From positions 95,199 to 159,198 of the forward strand of contig CAWIYX010000022.1 in the NCBI GenBank assembly GCA_963840415.1: a DNA stretch of 64,000 nucleotides, in the 5' to 3' direction. Of the stretch, positions 1 through 13,680 are shown one piece after another. The notes beneath the pieces were generated by a model. That model was given only the letters and a program-made list of their open reading frames with translations, made no database searches and had not been told where the DNA came from. Position 1 is the stretch's first letter; each line of letters opens with the position of its first letter. Both the position numbers and the translations under genes were made by a program. The stretch is from an uncultured Alphaproteobacteria bacterium (GTDB lineage Bacteria; Pseudomonadota; Alphaproteobacteria; Rhizobiales; Hyphomicrobiaceae).

Positions 1-1
1 G

Positions 2-238
2 GCGATCATCGGGCTCGCGCTCATGTTCGGGCTCCAGGCGCTGATCAACATGGGCGTGAACGTGGGGCTCCTGCCCGCCAAGGGCATTACGCTGCCCTTC
101 ATCTCCGTCGGCGGCTCCTCGACGCTCGCCGTCTCGCTCGGGCTCGGCATGCTGCTGGCGATGACCCGGCGGCGGCCCGATGTCGAGCGCCTAAAAAAGC
201 CCCGATTGATCGCTTCGTTCGACACTCTGGGGCAATGA
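2..238 (+). CDS. ftsW: Cell division protein FtsW, C-terminal part (5' end outside the window)
   Basis: SEDS C-terminal motif QALINMGVNVGLLPAKGITLPFISVGGSS; directly upstream of murG. Confidence 0.93.
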   Translation, partial: AIIGLALMFGLQALINMGVNVGLLPAKGITLPFISVGGSSTLAVSLGLGMLLAMTRRRPDVERLKKPRLIASFDTLGQ

Positions 239-251
239 GCGAGACGCCCAA

Positions 252-1418
252 GTGACGACCCAAGCGAGGAATGGGGAGCGAACGGTGCTGCTTGCGGCCG
301 GCGGAACCGGCGGCCATCTCTTTCCGGCATTCGCGCTCGCCGAGGAGCTCGGCCGGCGGGGGATCGCCGTCGATCTCGTGACGGATGTGCGCGGCGACCG
401 CTACGGCGTCGGCTCGCCGGTGCGCCACGTCTATCAGGTGCCGTCCGCGACGGTCTCCGGGAAATCGCCGGTCGCGCTAGCGCGTGCGGGCTTTACCCTT
501 GTCCGCGGCGGCCTCGCCGCGCGCTCTCTCTTGAAGCGCTTGAAGCCGGGAGCGGTCATCGGCTTCGGCGGCTATCCGACGTTTCCGCCCCTCGTCGCGG
601 CTCGCCTCCTCGCCATCCCGTCCGCCGTGCACGAGCAGAACGCCGTCCTCGGCCGCGCCAACAGGGCGCTGGCGAAGTCGGTGCGCGTAATCGCCACCTC
701 ATTCGAGACGACGAAATTCGTGGACGGGGAGCAGCTCGCCAAGGCCCGTTTCACAGGAAATCCGGTGCGCGACGTCGTGATCAAGGCGGCCGAGAGACCT
801 TACGATCCGCCGGCTCTCGGGAGCGCGCTCCGCCTGCTCGTATTCGGCGGAAGCCAGGGCGCCCGCGTATTCGCCGACGTCGTGCCGGCCGCGCTCGCGG
901 GCCTCGACGCCTCTCTGAGAGGCCGCCTCGAGGTCACGCAGCAGGCCCGCGAGGAGGATCAGAGCCGGGTCGAGGCCGCCTATGCGGCGGCCGGCATCGC
1001 CGCCGAGGTCCAGCCCTTTTTTGCCGACCTGCCCGCGCGCATGGCGGCTAGCCATCTCGTCATCGCCCGCGCAGGAGCCTCAACCGTCGCCGAGGTTACC
1101 GTCATCGGCCGCCCCTCGATCCTCGTTCCATTGCCGCATTCTCTTGACAACGATCAGCTTGCGAATGCAACGAGACTTGCCGAATCGGGGGGGAGCTGGT
1201 GTATCGAACAGAAGGATCTGACGCCCGAGCGCCTCGCGCGTGAGGTGGAGCGCCTCGCGCGAGACCCTGCGGCGCTCGAAGCGGCGGCCAGGGCGGCCAA
1301 GAGCCAGGGCCGGCCCGACGCCGTGAAGCGGCTCGCCGACCTCGTCGAGGGCCTGATCGGGACGGGCGGAACGGCCGCGCGCGGCGAGGGGCATCGGAGC
1401 GGGGCAAGAACGGGATAG
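252..1418 (+). CDS. murG: Undecaprenyl-PP-MurNAc-pentapeptide GlcNAc transferase MurG
   Basis: AGGTGGH, GFGGY, HEQN, TGNPVR, GGSQGA, RAGAST motifs; dcw position. Confidence 0.97.
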   Translation: MTTQARNGERTVLLAAGGTGGHLFPAFALAEELGRRGIAVDLVTDVRGDRYGVGSPVRHVYQVPSATVSGKSPVALARAGFTLVRGGLAARSLLKRLKPGAVIGFGGYPTFPPLVAARLLAIPSAVHEQNAVLGRANRALAKSVRVIATSFETTKFVDGEQLAKARFTGNPVRDVVIKAAERPYDPPALGSALRLLVFGGSQGARVFADVVPAALAGLDASLRGRLEVTQQAREEDQSRVEAAYAAAGIAAEVQPFFADLPARMAASHLVIARAGASTVAEVTVIGRPSILVPLPHSLDNDQLANATRLAESGGSWCIEQKDLTPERLAREVERLARDPAALEAAARAAKSQGRPDAVKRLADLVEGLIGTGGTAARGEGHRSGARTG

Positions 1419-1424
1419 CGAGCG

Positions 1425-2864
1425 ATGCAAATTCCCCGCGACGCAGGCACGTTCCACATCATCGGGATCGGCGGCATCGGCATGAGCGCCATCGCCGAGA
1501 TCCTGCTCGCCAAGGGTCATGAGGTTCAAGGCAGCGACCAGAAAGAGTCCGCCAATGTGCGCCGGCTGCGCGCGAAGGGCATCCGGGTCTTCGTCGGCCA
1601 CGACGCGGCCAATCTCGAGGGCGCGCGCCAGGTCGTGATCTCGACCGCCGTCAAGGCGACGAACCCCGAGCTCGAGGCGGCGCGTGCGAAGGGCCTGCAG
1701 ATCATTCGGCGCGCGGAGATGCTCGCCGAGCTTATGCGCCTCTATTCGACCGTGTCGGTGACGGGCACTCACGGGAAAACGACGACGACGTCGCTGATCA
1801 GCTCGGTCTTCGAGAGGGCGGGCCTCGATCCGACGGTGATCACGGGCGGCATCATCAACGCCTGGGGCACCAATGCGCGCCTCGGCAAGGGCCGCTGGAT
1901 GATCGTCGAGGCGGACGAGAGCGACGGCACGTTCACGCGGCTCCCGACCGAGATCGGCGTCGTGACCAACATCGATCCCGAACACCTCGACTACTTCAAG
2001 ACGGTCGAGAACATGCACCGCGAGTTCGAGGCCTTCTACCGCAACATTCCGTTCTATGGGCTCGGCGTCACCTGCATCGACCATCCCGTCGTCGCCGCCA
2101 TAACCGAGCGTCTCGAGTTGCGGCGCGATGGCAGGCGCCTCCTCACCTACGGAACCCAGGCGGGCGCCGATCTCGTTCTCAAGGGGATCGCCGCCGACGG
2201 GTTCTCGACGCGCTTCGATGCCGAGCTCGGGTCTCGCGTCAAGGGCGGGGCGCGGTCCATCAAGGGCTGGTCGATCCCGGTGCCGGGACGGCACAGCGCG
2301 CTCAATGCTCTGGCCGCCATCGCCGTCGCATCGGAGGCAGGCATCGCCGACGACATCATCCGCGCCGGCCTTGCCGGGTTCTCCGGCGTGAAGCGCCGCT
2401 TCCAGATCACGGGGGATTGGGCGGGGGTCGAGATCTACGACGACTATGGCCACCATCCGGTCGAGATCGCCGCCGTGCTCGCCGCCGCCCGCGCCGGCGC
2501 CAAGGGGCGCGTCATCGCCGTCGTCGAGCCGCATCGCTACACCCGCGTGCGCGATCTCTTCCAGGAGTTCGCGGCCTGCTTCCGCGACGCTGACAGAGTT
2601 ATCGTTGCGCCGCTCTACTCGGCCGGCGAAGCGCCGATCGAAGGCATCGGCCAGCACGAGCTTGCCGCGGCCATTCGCGCCACGGGGCATCCGTCGGTCG
2701 CGACGATCGAGGCGCCCTTCGACCTCGTCGCGCCGATCCGCGCCGACGCGCGGGCGGGCGACATGGTGATCGTGCTCGGCGCCGGCAACTCGACCGAGTG
2801 GGCGCACGCGCTTCCCGGCTGGCTCGCGGCCGAGGAGCCGCGGCGCGCGGGAGGCGCGCTGTGA
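1425..2864 (+). CDS. murC: UDP-N-acetylmuramate-L-alanine ligase MurC
   Basis: [29 protein letters not shown] motifs. Confidence 0.97.
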   Translation: MQIPRDAGTFHIIGIGGIGMSAIAEILLAKGHEVQGSDQKESANVRRLRAKGIRVFVGHDAANLEGARQVVISTAVKATNPELEAARAKGLQIIRRAEMLAELMRLYSTVSVTGTHGKTTTTSLISSVFERAGLDPTVITGGIINAWGTNARLGKGRWMIVEADESDGTFTRLPTEIGVVTNIDPEHLDYFKTVENMHREFEAFYRNIPFYGLGVTCIDHPVVAAITERLELRRDGRRLLTYGTQAGADLVLKGIAADGFSTRFDAELGSRVKGGARSIKGWSIPVPGRHSALNALAAIAVASEAGIADDIIRAGLAGFSGVKRRFQITGDWAGVEIYDDYGHHPVEIAAVLAAARAGAKGRVIAVVEPHRYTRVRDLFQEFAACFRDADRVIVAPLYSAGEAPIEGIGQHELAAAIRATGHPSVATIEAPFDLVAPIRADARAGDMVIVLGAGNSTEWAHALPGWLAAEEPRRAGGAL

Positions 2865-3826
2865 GCTTTCCGGATCTGACGGCGGAATTGAAGGCGGCAA
2901 TGCCGGAGCTGCGCGGGCGGCTCGCGGCCAACGTGCTGCTTGCCGACATCACGTGGTTTCGCGTCGGTGGACCCGCACAGCTCCTGTTCACGCCGGCGGA
3001 CGAAGCCGACCTCGCCTACTTCCTCAAGAGCAAGCCTGCGAACCTGCCGGCCATCGTCGTCGGCCTCGGCTCGAACCTGCTCGTGCGCGACGGGGGCGTG
3101 CCGGGCATCGTCATCAGGCTCGGACGAGGTTTCGGCGACACCACGATCGAGGATCGAAACCGTCTGAGGGCGGGCACCGTCGTGCCCGACGTCAAGGTCG
3201 CGCGCGCCGCGGCCGAGGCGGGGCTCGCGGGCCTCGCCTTCTACCGCGGCATTCCGGGATCGATCGGCGGCGCGCTACGCATGAACGCCGGCGCGCATGG
3301 CCGCGAGACCAAGGACGTGCTCGTCGCCGCCCGCGCCGTCGACCCCGAGGGCAGCATCCATGAGCTCTCCGCCGCCGACATGAAGTTCACCTACCGCCAC
3401 TGCGGAATTCCCGATCGCTGGATCTTCACCGAGGCGCTCTTCCAGGGGACGCCCGGAGATCCGGCCGCCATCGCCAAGGAGATGGACGAGGTCGCCGAGT
3501 ACCGTGAGCAGAACCAGCCGATCAAGGAGCGCACCGGCGGCTCGACGTTCAAGAACCCGCCCGGCAACAGCGCCTGGCGCCTGATCGACGAGGCCGGCTG
3601 CCGCGGCTTGCGCGTTGGCGGAGCCAAGGTCTCCGAGATGCACTGCAACTTCCTCATCAACGATCGCAACGCGACGGCCGAGGACATCGAGCGTCTCGGC
3701 GAGACGGTGCGTGCCCGCGTGCGCGAGAGGAGCGGCGTCGCGCTCGACTGGGAGATCATCCGGCTCGGTCTCCCGAAAGAGGGGCGGCCCGTGGGCGAGG
3801 CGCTCGCCGAGGCCGTGCCCTCATGA
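2861..3826 (+). CDS. murB: UDP-N-acetylenolpyruvoylglucosamine reductase MurB
   Basis: [46 protein letters not shown]; GTG start overlapping the murC stop (GTGA). Confidence 0.96.
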   Translation: MSFPDLTAELKAAMPELRGRLAANVLLADITWFRVGGPAQLLFTPADEADLAYFLKSKPANLPAIVVGLGSNLLVRDGGVPGIVIRLGRGFGDTTIEDRNRLRAGTVVPDVKVARAAAEAGLAGLAFYRGIPGSIGGALRMNAGAHGRETKDVLVAARAVDPEGSIHELSAADMKFTYRHCGIPDRWIFTEALFQGTPGDPAAIAKEMDEVAEYREQNQPIKERTGGSTFKNPPGNSAWRLIDEAGCRGLRVGGAKVSEMHCNFLINDRNATAEDIERLGETVRARVRERSGVALDWEIIRLGLPKEGRPVGEALAEAVPS

Positions 3827-4809
3827 GCCGACTCCCGCCGGCGCCGGCGCGCACGTTCGCCCATGTCGCCGTGCTGATGGGCGGCTGGTCGGCCGAGCGC
3901 GAGATCAGCCTCAAATCCGGGATGGCCGTTGCCGCCGCACTCGAAAAGGAACGCTATCGGGTGACGGCGATCGACGTCGATCGCGATGTTGCACGCCGGC
4001 TTGCCGACGTGAAGCCCGACGCGTGCTTCAATGCGCTCCATGGCCGCTTCGGCGAGGACGGCTGCGTCCAGGGCATCCTCGAGTGCTTGGGATTGCCGTA
4101 TACGCACTCGGGCGTGCTCGCCTCCGCGCTCGCCATGCACAAGGAGCGCGCGAAGACGGTGATGGCCGCGGCCGGGGTTCCGGTGGCCGAAGCCCGCCTC
4201 GTCACGCGCCGCGAGGCGTTCGAGCGCCACGCCCTTCCGCCGCCTTATGTGGTGAAGCCCGTCGCCGAGGGATCGAGCGTCGGCGTCGTCATCGTCGGAA
4301 AGGACGCGAACGAGCCGCCCGAGGCCATTGCGGCCGACGGCCCGGCGGACGAGACGGTCATGGTCGAGCGCTTTGTCGCGGGGCGCGAGCTCACCTGCGC
4401 CGTCATCGGCGATTTCGTCACCGACGTGATCGAGATCGTCCCCTTGAAGGGGCTCGCCTTCTACGATTTCGAGGCGAAATACGCGCCCGGCGGCTCGAAA
4501 CACGAGCTTCCCGCGCAAATTTTACCGAATGTTTACGAGTTGATCCGGAAATACACGATCGGGGCCCATCGCGCGCTCGGCTGCCGGGGCGTGTCGCGCG
4601 CCGACTTCCGCTACGACGACACGGCGGGCGGAACCGGCGAGGTGGTGTGCCTCGAGGTAAACACGCAGCCCGGAATGACGGGGACGTCGCTGGTGCCGGA
4701 GCTTGCCCAGCACGCGGGCTGGTCGTTCGGTGAGCTCGTGCGCTGGATCGTCGAGGACGCGAGTTGCTTGAGGTCGGACGAGCGCCGGGTCGAACTTGGC
4801 GGGAGCTGA
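3823..4809 (+). CDS. ddl: D-alanine-D-alanine ligase
   Basis: [42 protein letters not shown] motifs. Confidence 0.96.
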   Translation: MSRLPPAPARTFAHVAVLMGGWSAEREISLKSGMAVAAALEKERYRVTAIDVDRDVARRLADVKPDACFNALHGRFGEDGCVQGILECLGLPYTHSGVLASALAMHKERAKTVMAAAGVPVAEARLVTRREAFERHALPPPYVVKPVAEGSSVGVVIVGKDANEPPEAIAADGPADETVMVERFVAGRELTCAVIGDFVTDVIEIVPLKGLAFYDFEAKYAPGGSKHELPAQILPNVYELIRKYTIGAHRALGCRGVSRADFRYDDTAGGTGEVVCLEVNTQPGMTGTSLVPELAQHAGWSFGELVRWIVEDASCLRSDERRVELGGS

Positions 4810-5654
4810 CGGCGGAAGCCTTCGGCGCCTCGCCCGTTTTCGCGCGCCCGCTCGATCAGGATCGGCCGCTGGCACCGGCCTGGCCCGGCCGGCGCAAGCC
4901 CTCCCGCGGATGGCGGGCGCGGCGTCTTCCCCTGATCGGGGTCAGCCTCGCCGCCATGCTGGCGATCGTCGCGATTTCCGAAGGCGGTCGGGGCTGGCGC
5001 CGCATGATCGACATCGACGCGGCGGCCGCGCTCGCCGGCTTCGGCATCGACCAGGTCACGCTCTCCGGTCACCAGTTCACTGCCGACACCGACGTGTTCG
5101 ACGCCCTCGATCTCGAGAACGCCCGCTCGATGGCGAGCTTCGATGCCTCCGCCGTGCGCGCCCGCCTCGAGCGGCTGCCCTGGATCGCAACCGCCGAGCT
5201 CACGCGCGTCTTCCCCGGCGGGCTCGACGTAAAAATCGCGGAAAGGAAGCCGTTTGCCGTCTGGGCGCGCGGCGAGCGGCGCTATCTGATCGACCGCTCG
5301 GGGCGCTTGCTCTCGCCTGTCAGCGCCACGGCGGCGCTCGACTTGCCTAGGGTCGCGGGCGAGGGTGCCGCCGCCGAGGCCGAAGGCCTGCTGGCACTCG
5401 TCCAGCGCTATCCCTCGGTCGCGGGCCGTCTCGAGGAGGCCGAGCGCGTCGCCGAGCGGCGCTGGACGCTCAAGCTCTCGCGCAGGGTCACGCTCGTGCT
5501 ACCGGCGGACCGGGAGGCGGCCGTTCTCGAGGAGATCGAAAAGGGGGGAGAGCTCGCCCGCCTCGTCGCCGGAGAGAACGCGATCATCGATCTCAGGCGA
5601 CAGGGGCGCATCACGGTGCGTGCCCAGAAGAGCCAAGAGCCGCCGCGAAGCTGA
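4764..5654 (+). CDS. ftsQ: Cell division protein FtsQ
   Basis: Single TM, POTRA segment (LERLPWIATAELTRVFP), ERRW and IIDLR motifs; between ddl and ftsA; TTG start overlapping ddl (start uncertain). Confidence 0.88.
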   Translation: MLEVGRAPGRTWRELTAEAFGASPVFARPLDQDRPLAPAWPGRRKPSRGWRARRLPLIGVSLAAMLAIVAISEGGRGWRRMIDIDAAAALAGFGIDQVTLSGHQFTADTDVFDALDLENARSMASFDASAVRARLERLPWIATAELTRVFPGGLDVKIAERKPFAVWARGERRYLIDRSGRLLSPVSATAALDLPRVAGEGAAAEAEGLLALVQRYPSVAGRLEEAERVAERRWTLKLSRRVTLVLPADREAAVLEEIEKGGELARLVAGENAIIDLRRQGRITVRAQKSQEPPRS

Positions 5655-5660
5655 AGGAGG

Positions 5661-6947
5661 GTGGCAAGAGTGGGCCTCGAGAGAGACAGCGGTCACGGCA
5701 AGCGCGGGCGAACGGTCGGTGTCCTCGACATCGGCACGACGAAGGTCGCCTGCCTGATTGCCGCGGCCGGCGGCGAGCCGCGCCTCTCGACGGCCTCTAG
5801 CGATGATCTGCGTATCGTCGGCGTCGGGCACCAGGGCGCGCGCGGCGTCAAGAGCGGCGTCATCACCGATCTCGACGAGGCCGAGGACGTCGTCCGCGAG
5901 ACGGTGGCGCGGGCCGAGCGGATGGCCGGAATTCGCCTCGACGAAGTGCGCCTTTCCGTGTCGTGCGGCCGCCTGAAATCGGCGACGTTCGCCGCTTCGG
6001 CCGAGGTCGAGGGCGGGGTCGTGTCCGAAACAGACCTCGCCCGGCTGTTTGCCGGTGGGCGGGCCTTCGCCGAGCGCGACGGGCGCACGCTCGTGCACAT
6101 GAACCGGATCGGCGTCCGGCTCGACGGCGCGCCGGGCGGACGCGATCCCCGCGGCATGGCGGCGCGCACGCTCTCCGCCGATCTTCATGCAGTCACGGCG
6201 GACGAGGCGCCGCTGCGCAACCTGCTGCTCGTCGTTGAACGCTGTCATCTCGCCGTCTCGGGCCTCGTTCCGGCGCCGCTCGCCTCCGCCCTCGCCGCGA
6301 CCAGCGAGGAGGAGCGCCGTCTCGGCGTCACGCTCATCGACGTCGGCGGGGGGACTACAACCCTCGCGCTCTTCGCCGAGGGCGAGCTCATTCATGTCGA
6401 TGCCGCCGCCATGGGCGGCCATCACGTCACGTTCGACATCGCGCGAGCATTACATACGCCCCTTGCAGAAGCCGAGCGAATCAAGGCGCTCTATGGCACA
6501 GTGGTCAGCGCGCAATCGGATGGACACGACGAGTTCTCGTACCCACAGACAGGCGAGGACGACGGGGGTGTGAACCGCATGACGAAGGCGGAGCTGGCGG
6601 ACATCATCCGGCCCAGGGCGGAAGATTTCGTCCGTCACATCCGCGAGCGGCTCGAAGCGTGCGCTCTGTTCGGCTACGCAAGCGGGCGCGTCGTGCTGAC
6701 GGGGGGAACGAGCCAGCTCGTGGGCATGGCGGAATTCGTGGCCCATCGCCTGGGCCGGCCGGTGCGCCTTGCGCCGCCCCGGTCGATCTCCGGTCTTCCT
6801 CCGGCCGTTGCGGGTCCTGCGTTCTCGGCGGCGGTGGGCTTACTGCTCGCGCCTCAGCCCGACGTCGGGGACGCGAGCGTCGCGGCGGGCCTCTCGCCCC
6901 TGGGATATCTCGATCGCGTCGGGGAATGGCTGCGGCAGGGCTTCTGA
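5661..6947 (+). CDS. ftsA: Cell division protein FtsA
   Basis: LDIGTTKV, IDVGGGTT, VLTGGTSQL; C-terminal amphipathic helix GYLDRVGEWLRQGF; alternative GTG start at 5670. Confidence 0.95.
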   Translation: MARVGLERDSGHGKRGRTVGVLDIGTTKVACLIAAAGGEPRLSTASSDDLRIVGVGHQGARGVKSGVITDLDEAEDVVRETVARAERMAGIRLDEVRLSVSCGRLKSATFAASAEVEGGVVSETDLARLFAGGRAFAERDGRTLVHMNRIGVRLDGAPGGRDPRGMAARTLSADLHAVTADEAPLRNLLLVVERCHLAVSGLVPAPLASALAATSEEERRLGVTLIDVGGGTTTLALFAEGELIHVDAAAMGGHHVTFDIARALHTPLAEAERIKALYGTVVSAQSDGHDEFSYPQTGEDDGGVNRMTKAELADIIRPRAEDFVRHIRERLEACALFGYASGRVVLTGGTSQLVGMAEFVAHRLGRPVRLAPPRSISGLPPAVAGPAFSAAVGLLLAPQPDVGDASVAAGLSPLGYLDRVGEWLRQGF

Positions 6948-6989
6948 TGCATTCGTCAGCGGCGAGCGGGTGAGCGAGGCGGAGAGAGA

Positions 6990-8663
6990 ATGGGAATTAA
7001 GCTTCAGGCGCCGGAGCTCAGCGAGGTGAAGCCGCGGCTGACCGTCATCGGCGTCGGCGGCGCGGGCTGCAATGCGATCAACAACATGATCGAGGCGGGC
7101 CTCAAGGGGGTCAACTTCATTGTCGCCAATACGGACGCCCAGTCGCTCGCCCTCGCCCATACCGAGACCCGGATCCAGCTCGGCGCCAAGCTCACCGAGG
7201 GTCTCGGCGCGGGCTCGAAGCCCGAGATCGGCGAGGCAGCCGCCGAGGAGGCCGTCGAGGAATTGAAACTCCACTTCGACGGGTCGCATATGGTGTTCAT
7301 TGCTGCCGGCATGGGAGGGGGGACCGGCACCGGCGGTGCCGGCGTGATCGCCCGCGTCGCCAAGGACCTCGGAATCTTGACGGTCGGCGTGGTGACGAAG
7401 CCGTTCCTGTTCGAGGGCGCGCGGCGCATGCGCGTTGCCGAGGCCGGGGTGGCCGAGCTCAAGAAATATGTCGACACACTCATCGTCATCCCGAACCAGA
7501 ACCTGTTCCGGCTCGCGAGCGAGAAGACGACCTTCGCCGAAGCCTTCCTCATCGCCGACCAGGTGCTCTACGGCGGCATCGCCTGCATCGTCGATCTCAT
7601 CGTCAAGGAAGGGCTCATCAATCTCGACTTCGCCGACGTGCGCACCATCATGACCGGGATGGGCAGCGCGGTCATGGGCCAGGGCGAGGCCTCCGGCGAG
7701 CGGCGCGCGACGCGGGCCGCCGAGGAGGCACTCTCCAATCCGCTGCTCGACGACATTTCGCTCAAAGGCGCGAAGGGCCTCCTCTTGTCGATCACCGGCA
7801 GCCCGAACCTGACCCTCTACGAGGTCGATGAGGCGGCGAGCCGCGTGCGCCAGGAGGTCGACCCGGAAGCCAACATCATCGTCGGGGCCACCTTCGACGA
7901 GGATCTCGTTGACAGCGTTCGCGTGTCGATCGTCGCCTCGGGACTTTCGCGCGCAGGCGAGCAGCATCGGCCCGCGAGCGCTCGGGCGTCCGAGGCTCCA
8001 ATCGGCGTGCCGTACGATCCCCAAATGCAGCCGCGCCCGGCCGACGCTGCGGGCCGCGGGGCCGACGTCCAGCGTCGGCTCTCCGAGGCGCTGCAGACGC
8101 AGCCGCCTGCCCCTCCGCCGCTGCCGGGGCGCGACGATCCCGCAGCCCGCGGTGCGCGGGAAACTTGGCGCGCGCCGGGCAATGTTCTGATCGAGCAGGT
8201 TCCCCCGCAGCTATCGGCGAGCGCGCCGCAGCCGCCGCCGCTTCCCTCGCGCCATGGTTCCGAGGCCTATGCCGGACATCAGGGCTTCACTCCGGCGCCC
8301 ACGACCGAGATTCGCCGCCCGCCGCGGCGCATGCCGGACCTCGAGGACTTTCCCGCGATCGGTCAACGAGCCTATCGCGCGCTCGCGGGCCCGCCCGAGG
8401 CGTCGAGCCCCTACAACTCGCCGGCCGGCGAGCCGGTGCACGCCGCGCCGCCGCGCCGCCGCGGCCTCTTCGAGCGAATCACCGGGCGCTTGCGCCGCCA
8501 GGACGATGAGAATTACCCGGCTCAACCGGACGATTGGCACGCCCAAGGTGCCGACCGCGCCGACGCCCGCGAGCCGAGAAGAGACGAGAGAGAAGACTTT
8601 AACTCGCACGACTTTCAAGTTGATGTACCTGTATTTTTCGGTACGAGCAAAAAGCGCGTCTAA
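6990..8663 (+). CDS. ftsZ: Cell division protein FtsZ with long Pro-rich linker
   Basis: GVGGAG, NTDAQ, GMGGGTGTG tubulin signature, NLDFADV T7 loop. Confidence 0.97.
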   Translation: MGIKLQAPELSEVKPRLTVIGVGGAGCNAINNMIEAGLKGVNFIVANTDAQSLALAHTETRIQLGAKLTEGLGAGSKPEIGEAAAEEAVEELKLHFDGSHMVFIAAGMGGGTGTGGAGVIARVAKDLGILTVGVVTKPFLFEGARRMRVAEAGVAELKKYVDTLIVIPNQNLFRLASEKTTFAEAFLIADQVLYGGIACIVDLIVKEGLINLDFADVRTIMTGMGSAVMGQGEASGERRATRAAEEALSNPLLDDISLKGAKGLLLSITGSPNLTLYEVDEAASRVRQEVDPEANIIVGATFDEDLVDSVRVSIVASGLSRAGEQHRPASARASEAPIGVPYDPQMQPRPADAAGRGADVQRRLSEALQTQPPAPPPLPGRDDPAARGARETWRAPGNVLIEQVPPQLSASAPQPPPLPSRHGSEAYAGHQGFTPAPTTEIRRPPRRMPDLEDFPAIGQRAYRALAGPPEASSPYNSPAGEPVHAAPPRRRGLFERITGRLRRQDDENYPAQPDDWHAQGADRADAREPRRDEREDFNSHDFQVDVPVFFGTSKKRV

Positions 8664-8941
8664 GGCCCGCGGCGGGCCACGTCGACGATCCGCCACGAAC
8701 ATTTCCGGACGGTAACAAACGGTAAGGAACCGTGATTTGTCCCACATCGGGACGAGGCGTATCGTTCAATCGTTAACGACCGAATTCGCAACGTCCCACT
8801 GAGAGAGATCGCTGTAAGCGGTTCGATCTCAAACTCAAAAAGGGGGACGGTCTCTGCGGAGGCGATGTTCGGCCGGGGGTGGCGGGCCTCTCTTGACGGG
8901 GGAGCGGCCAGGCCAGGGAAGGCATCGAGGGACGGCGCAGA

Positions 8942-9886
8942 ATGTCGAATCGATTCATCGGCGCGCGACAGACGACACTTGCTCGAGAGATCGAGCTCCA
9001 AGGCACGGGGGTACACAGCGGAGCGCCAGTATCGGTGGTTCTGCACCCGGCAGAAGCCGATACCGGCCTCCGTTTCATAGTCACAAAGCGCGGCCGGATG
9101 GTCGCCGATATCCCCGCCAAAGTCTCTAACGTCAAGAATCTTACCCTCTGTACGGTCATCGGCGACGAGCACGGCACAACGGTCGGCACCGTCGAGCACC
9201 TTCTGGCCGCGCTCCGTGGCCTCTCCATCGATAACTGCCTCATCGAGATCGACAGCCGCGAAGTTCCTATCATGGATGGCAGCGCGGCACCCTTCGTCGA
9301 TGCCATCGACGAGGCGGGGTTTCGCGAGACGGCGGCCCCGCGCAAGTTCCTCAAGGTTTTGAAGCCGATCCGCGTCGACGAGGGCGACTGCTGGGGCGAG
9401 ATCGTTCCCCATTCCGGCTTCCATCTCGATGTCGAGATCTGCTTCGACACCTCCGTCATCGGCCGCCAGCGCCTGAGCTTCGAGATGAGCCCCGGCGTGT
9501 TCCGCAGCGAATTGGCCCGCGCCCGCACGTTCGGGTTCATGAGCGATGTCGAGCGCCTCTGGAAGGCGGGGCTCGCGCTCGGCGCCAACCTGACCAATAC
9601 GATCGCCATCGGCGAGGATCGCGTCATGAACCGCGAAGGCCTGCGCGATCCGCTCGAGTTCGTCCGCCACAAGATGCTCGATGCCGTCGGCGATCTCAGC
9701 CTTTCCGGCTATCCCATCCTTGGGGCCTATCGCTCCGTGCGCGGCGGCCACCGGCTGAACTCCGCCGTCCTCAAGGCTCTGCTCGAGGATGCGTCGGCCT
9801 GGACCATCGTGCAGGCTCCCCGCGTTCGCGCCGTTCGCGCACGCGGCTTCGAGCTGCCGGCGGCGGCGGTTGCCGCGGGCGAGTGA
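8942..9886 (+). CDS. lpxC: UDP-3-O-acyl-GlcNAc deacetylase LpxC
   Basis: RQTTL, GVHSG, TVEHLLAAL, PIMDGSA, ARTFGF, HKMLDAVGDL motifs. Confidence 0.97.
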   Translation: MSNRFIGARQTTLAREIELQGTGVHSGAPVSVVLHPAEADTGLRFIVTKRGRMVADIPAKVSNVKNLTLCTVIGDEHGTTVGTVEHLLAALRGLSIDNCLIEIDSREVPIMDGSAAPFVDAIDEAGFRETAAPRKFLKVLKPIRVDEGDCWGEIVPHSGFHLDVEICFDTSVIGRQRLSFEMSPGVFRSELARARTFGFMSDVERLWKAGLALGANLTNTIAIGEDRVMNREGLRDPLEFVRHKMLDAVGDLSLSGYPILGAYRSVRGGHRLNSAVLKALLEDASAWTIVQAPRVRAVRARGFELPAAAVAAGE

Positions 9887-10045
9887 GGCCGGGCCTCCGG
9901 CTTGCGTGCTTTCGGGTTCCGAGAGCGGTGCATTTGGCGTCTGCCGGCTACCGGCGGACGAGCCAAAGATCAAACATAATCCAGGGTTATGATCATCAGC
10001 GTGGGGGATTGTTCGCGCCCGGCGCAGCGCGGAATTTCGCCGTGG

Positions 10046-10063
10046 CGAGTCGTGTGCTAAGGC
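10046..10063 (+). promoter_or_regulatory. Candidate GANTC/GcrA-type promoter of bamD
   Basis: CGAGTCG (YGAKTCG) at 10046-10052 followed by a -10-like GCTAAGGC. Confidence 0.35.
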
Positions 10064-10121
10064 TCTCCGAGTGAGGCGACGCACACGGGGTTTGCCTTCT
10101 GGGAAGTTGGGGTTTCATCGC

Positions 10122-13161
<3,040 letters not shown>

Positions 13162-13422
13162 GGCCGGGGACCCATACCGTCCGCGTGAACAGGCTTCAGC
13201 TATCCTCTCGCAAATTTAGTCTTGGAGTTGCCACAAAAGAGGCAGAGTATGGGCAATGCCGAGGCAGAGGCGTGATGCCCTCCTCGCTTGCTAGTCAGCC
13301 AAAGAGCTGGCAGTTTCCTAAGACAACGAGCATTCGGTCCAACCTCTGGCGAACGCCGCAGGATGGAGACACGGCAAAAAAGCCGGCTCCGCGGCATTCA
13401 CCGCTCCCTGGGAGGAGACCCC

Positions 13423-13623
13423 ATGACGTGTCCGACTGTGACGTTGCGCGGCAAGCCCGTCATTCTCTTGAGCGGGTACCGACCTCCGCGCCTTTCTCTC
13501 GCCAAGCACGCGAGGGATCGGCTCAGAATCGAGAAGGAGGAGGAGCTGCGCGAGACCGTGGTCCGTTTCCCCGATGCCGTGGCCTTCGGCTACGTGGCCG
13601 GGAGATGGCGGCCCGCCGTCTAG
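13423..13623 (+). CDS. Small hypothetical protein (66 aa)
   Basis: Strong SD GGAGGAG 5 nt before the ATG; fills the gap between ligA and the convergent MCP. Confidence 0.6.
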   Translation: MTCPTVTLRGKPVILLSGYRPPRLSLAKHARDRLRIEKEEELRETVVRFPDAVAFGYVAGRWRPAV

Positions 13624-13680
13624 GATCGGGGGCGAGCACCCTTCTCGCCGCTGAGTGAAGAAGAAGACGGGCGTTGCGCG

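Noticed and set aside
4764-4809. 46-nt ddl/ftsQ overlap as a sign of frameshift
   Set aside because: Both proteins are complete; a short ddl C-terminal extension over a TTG-started ftsQ explains it.
8700-8790. CtrA boxes upstream of lpxC (GTAA...GTAA, GTTAAC)
   Set aside because: Spacing is 6 rather than 7 nt, or only a half-site is present; too weak to call.
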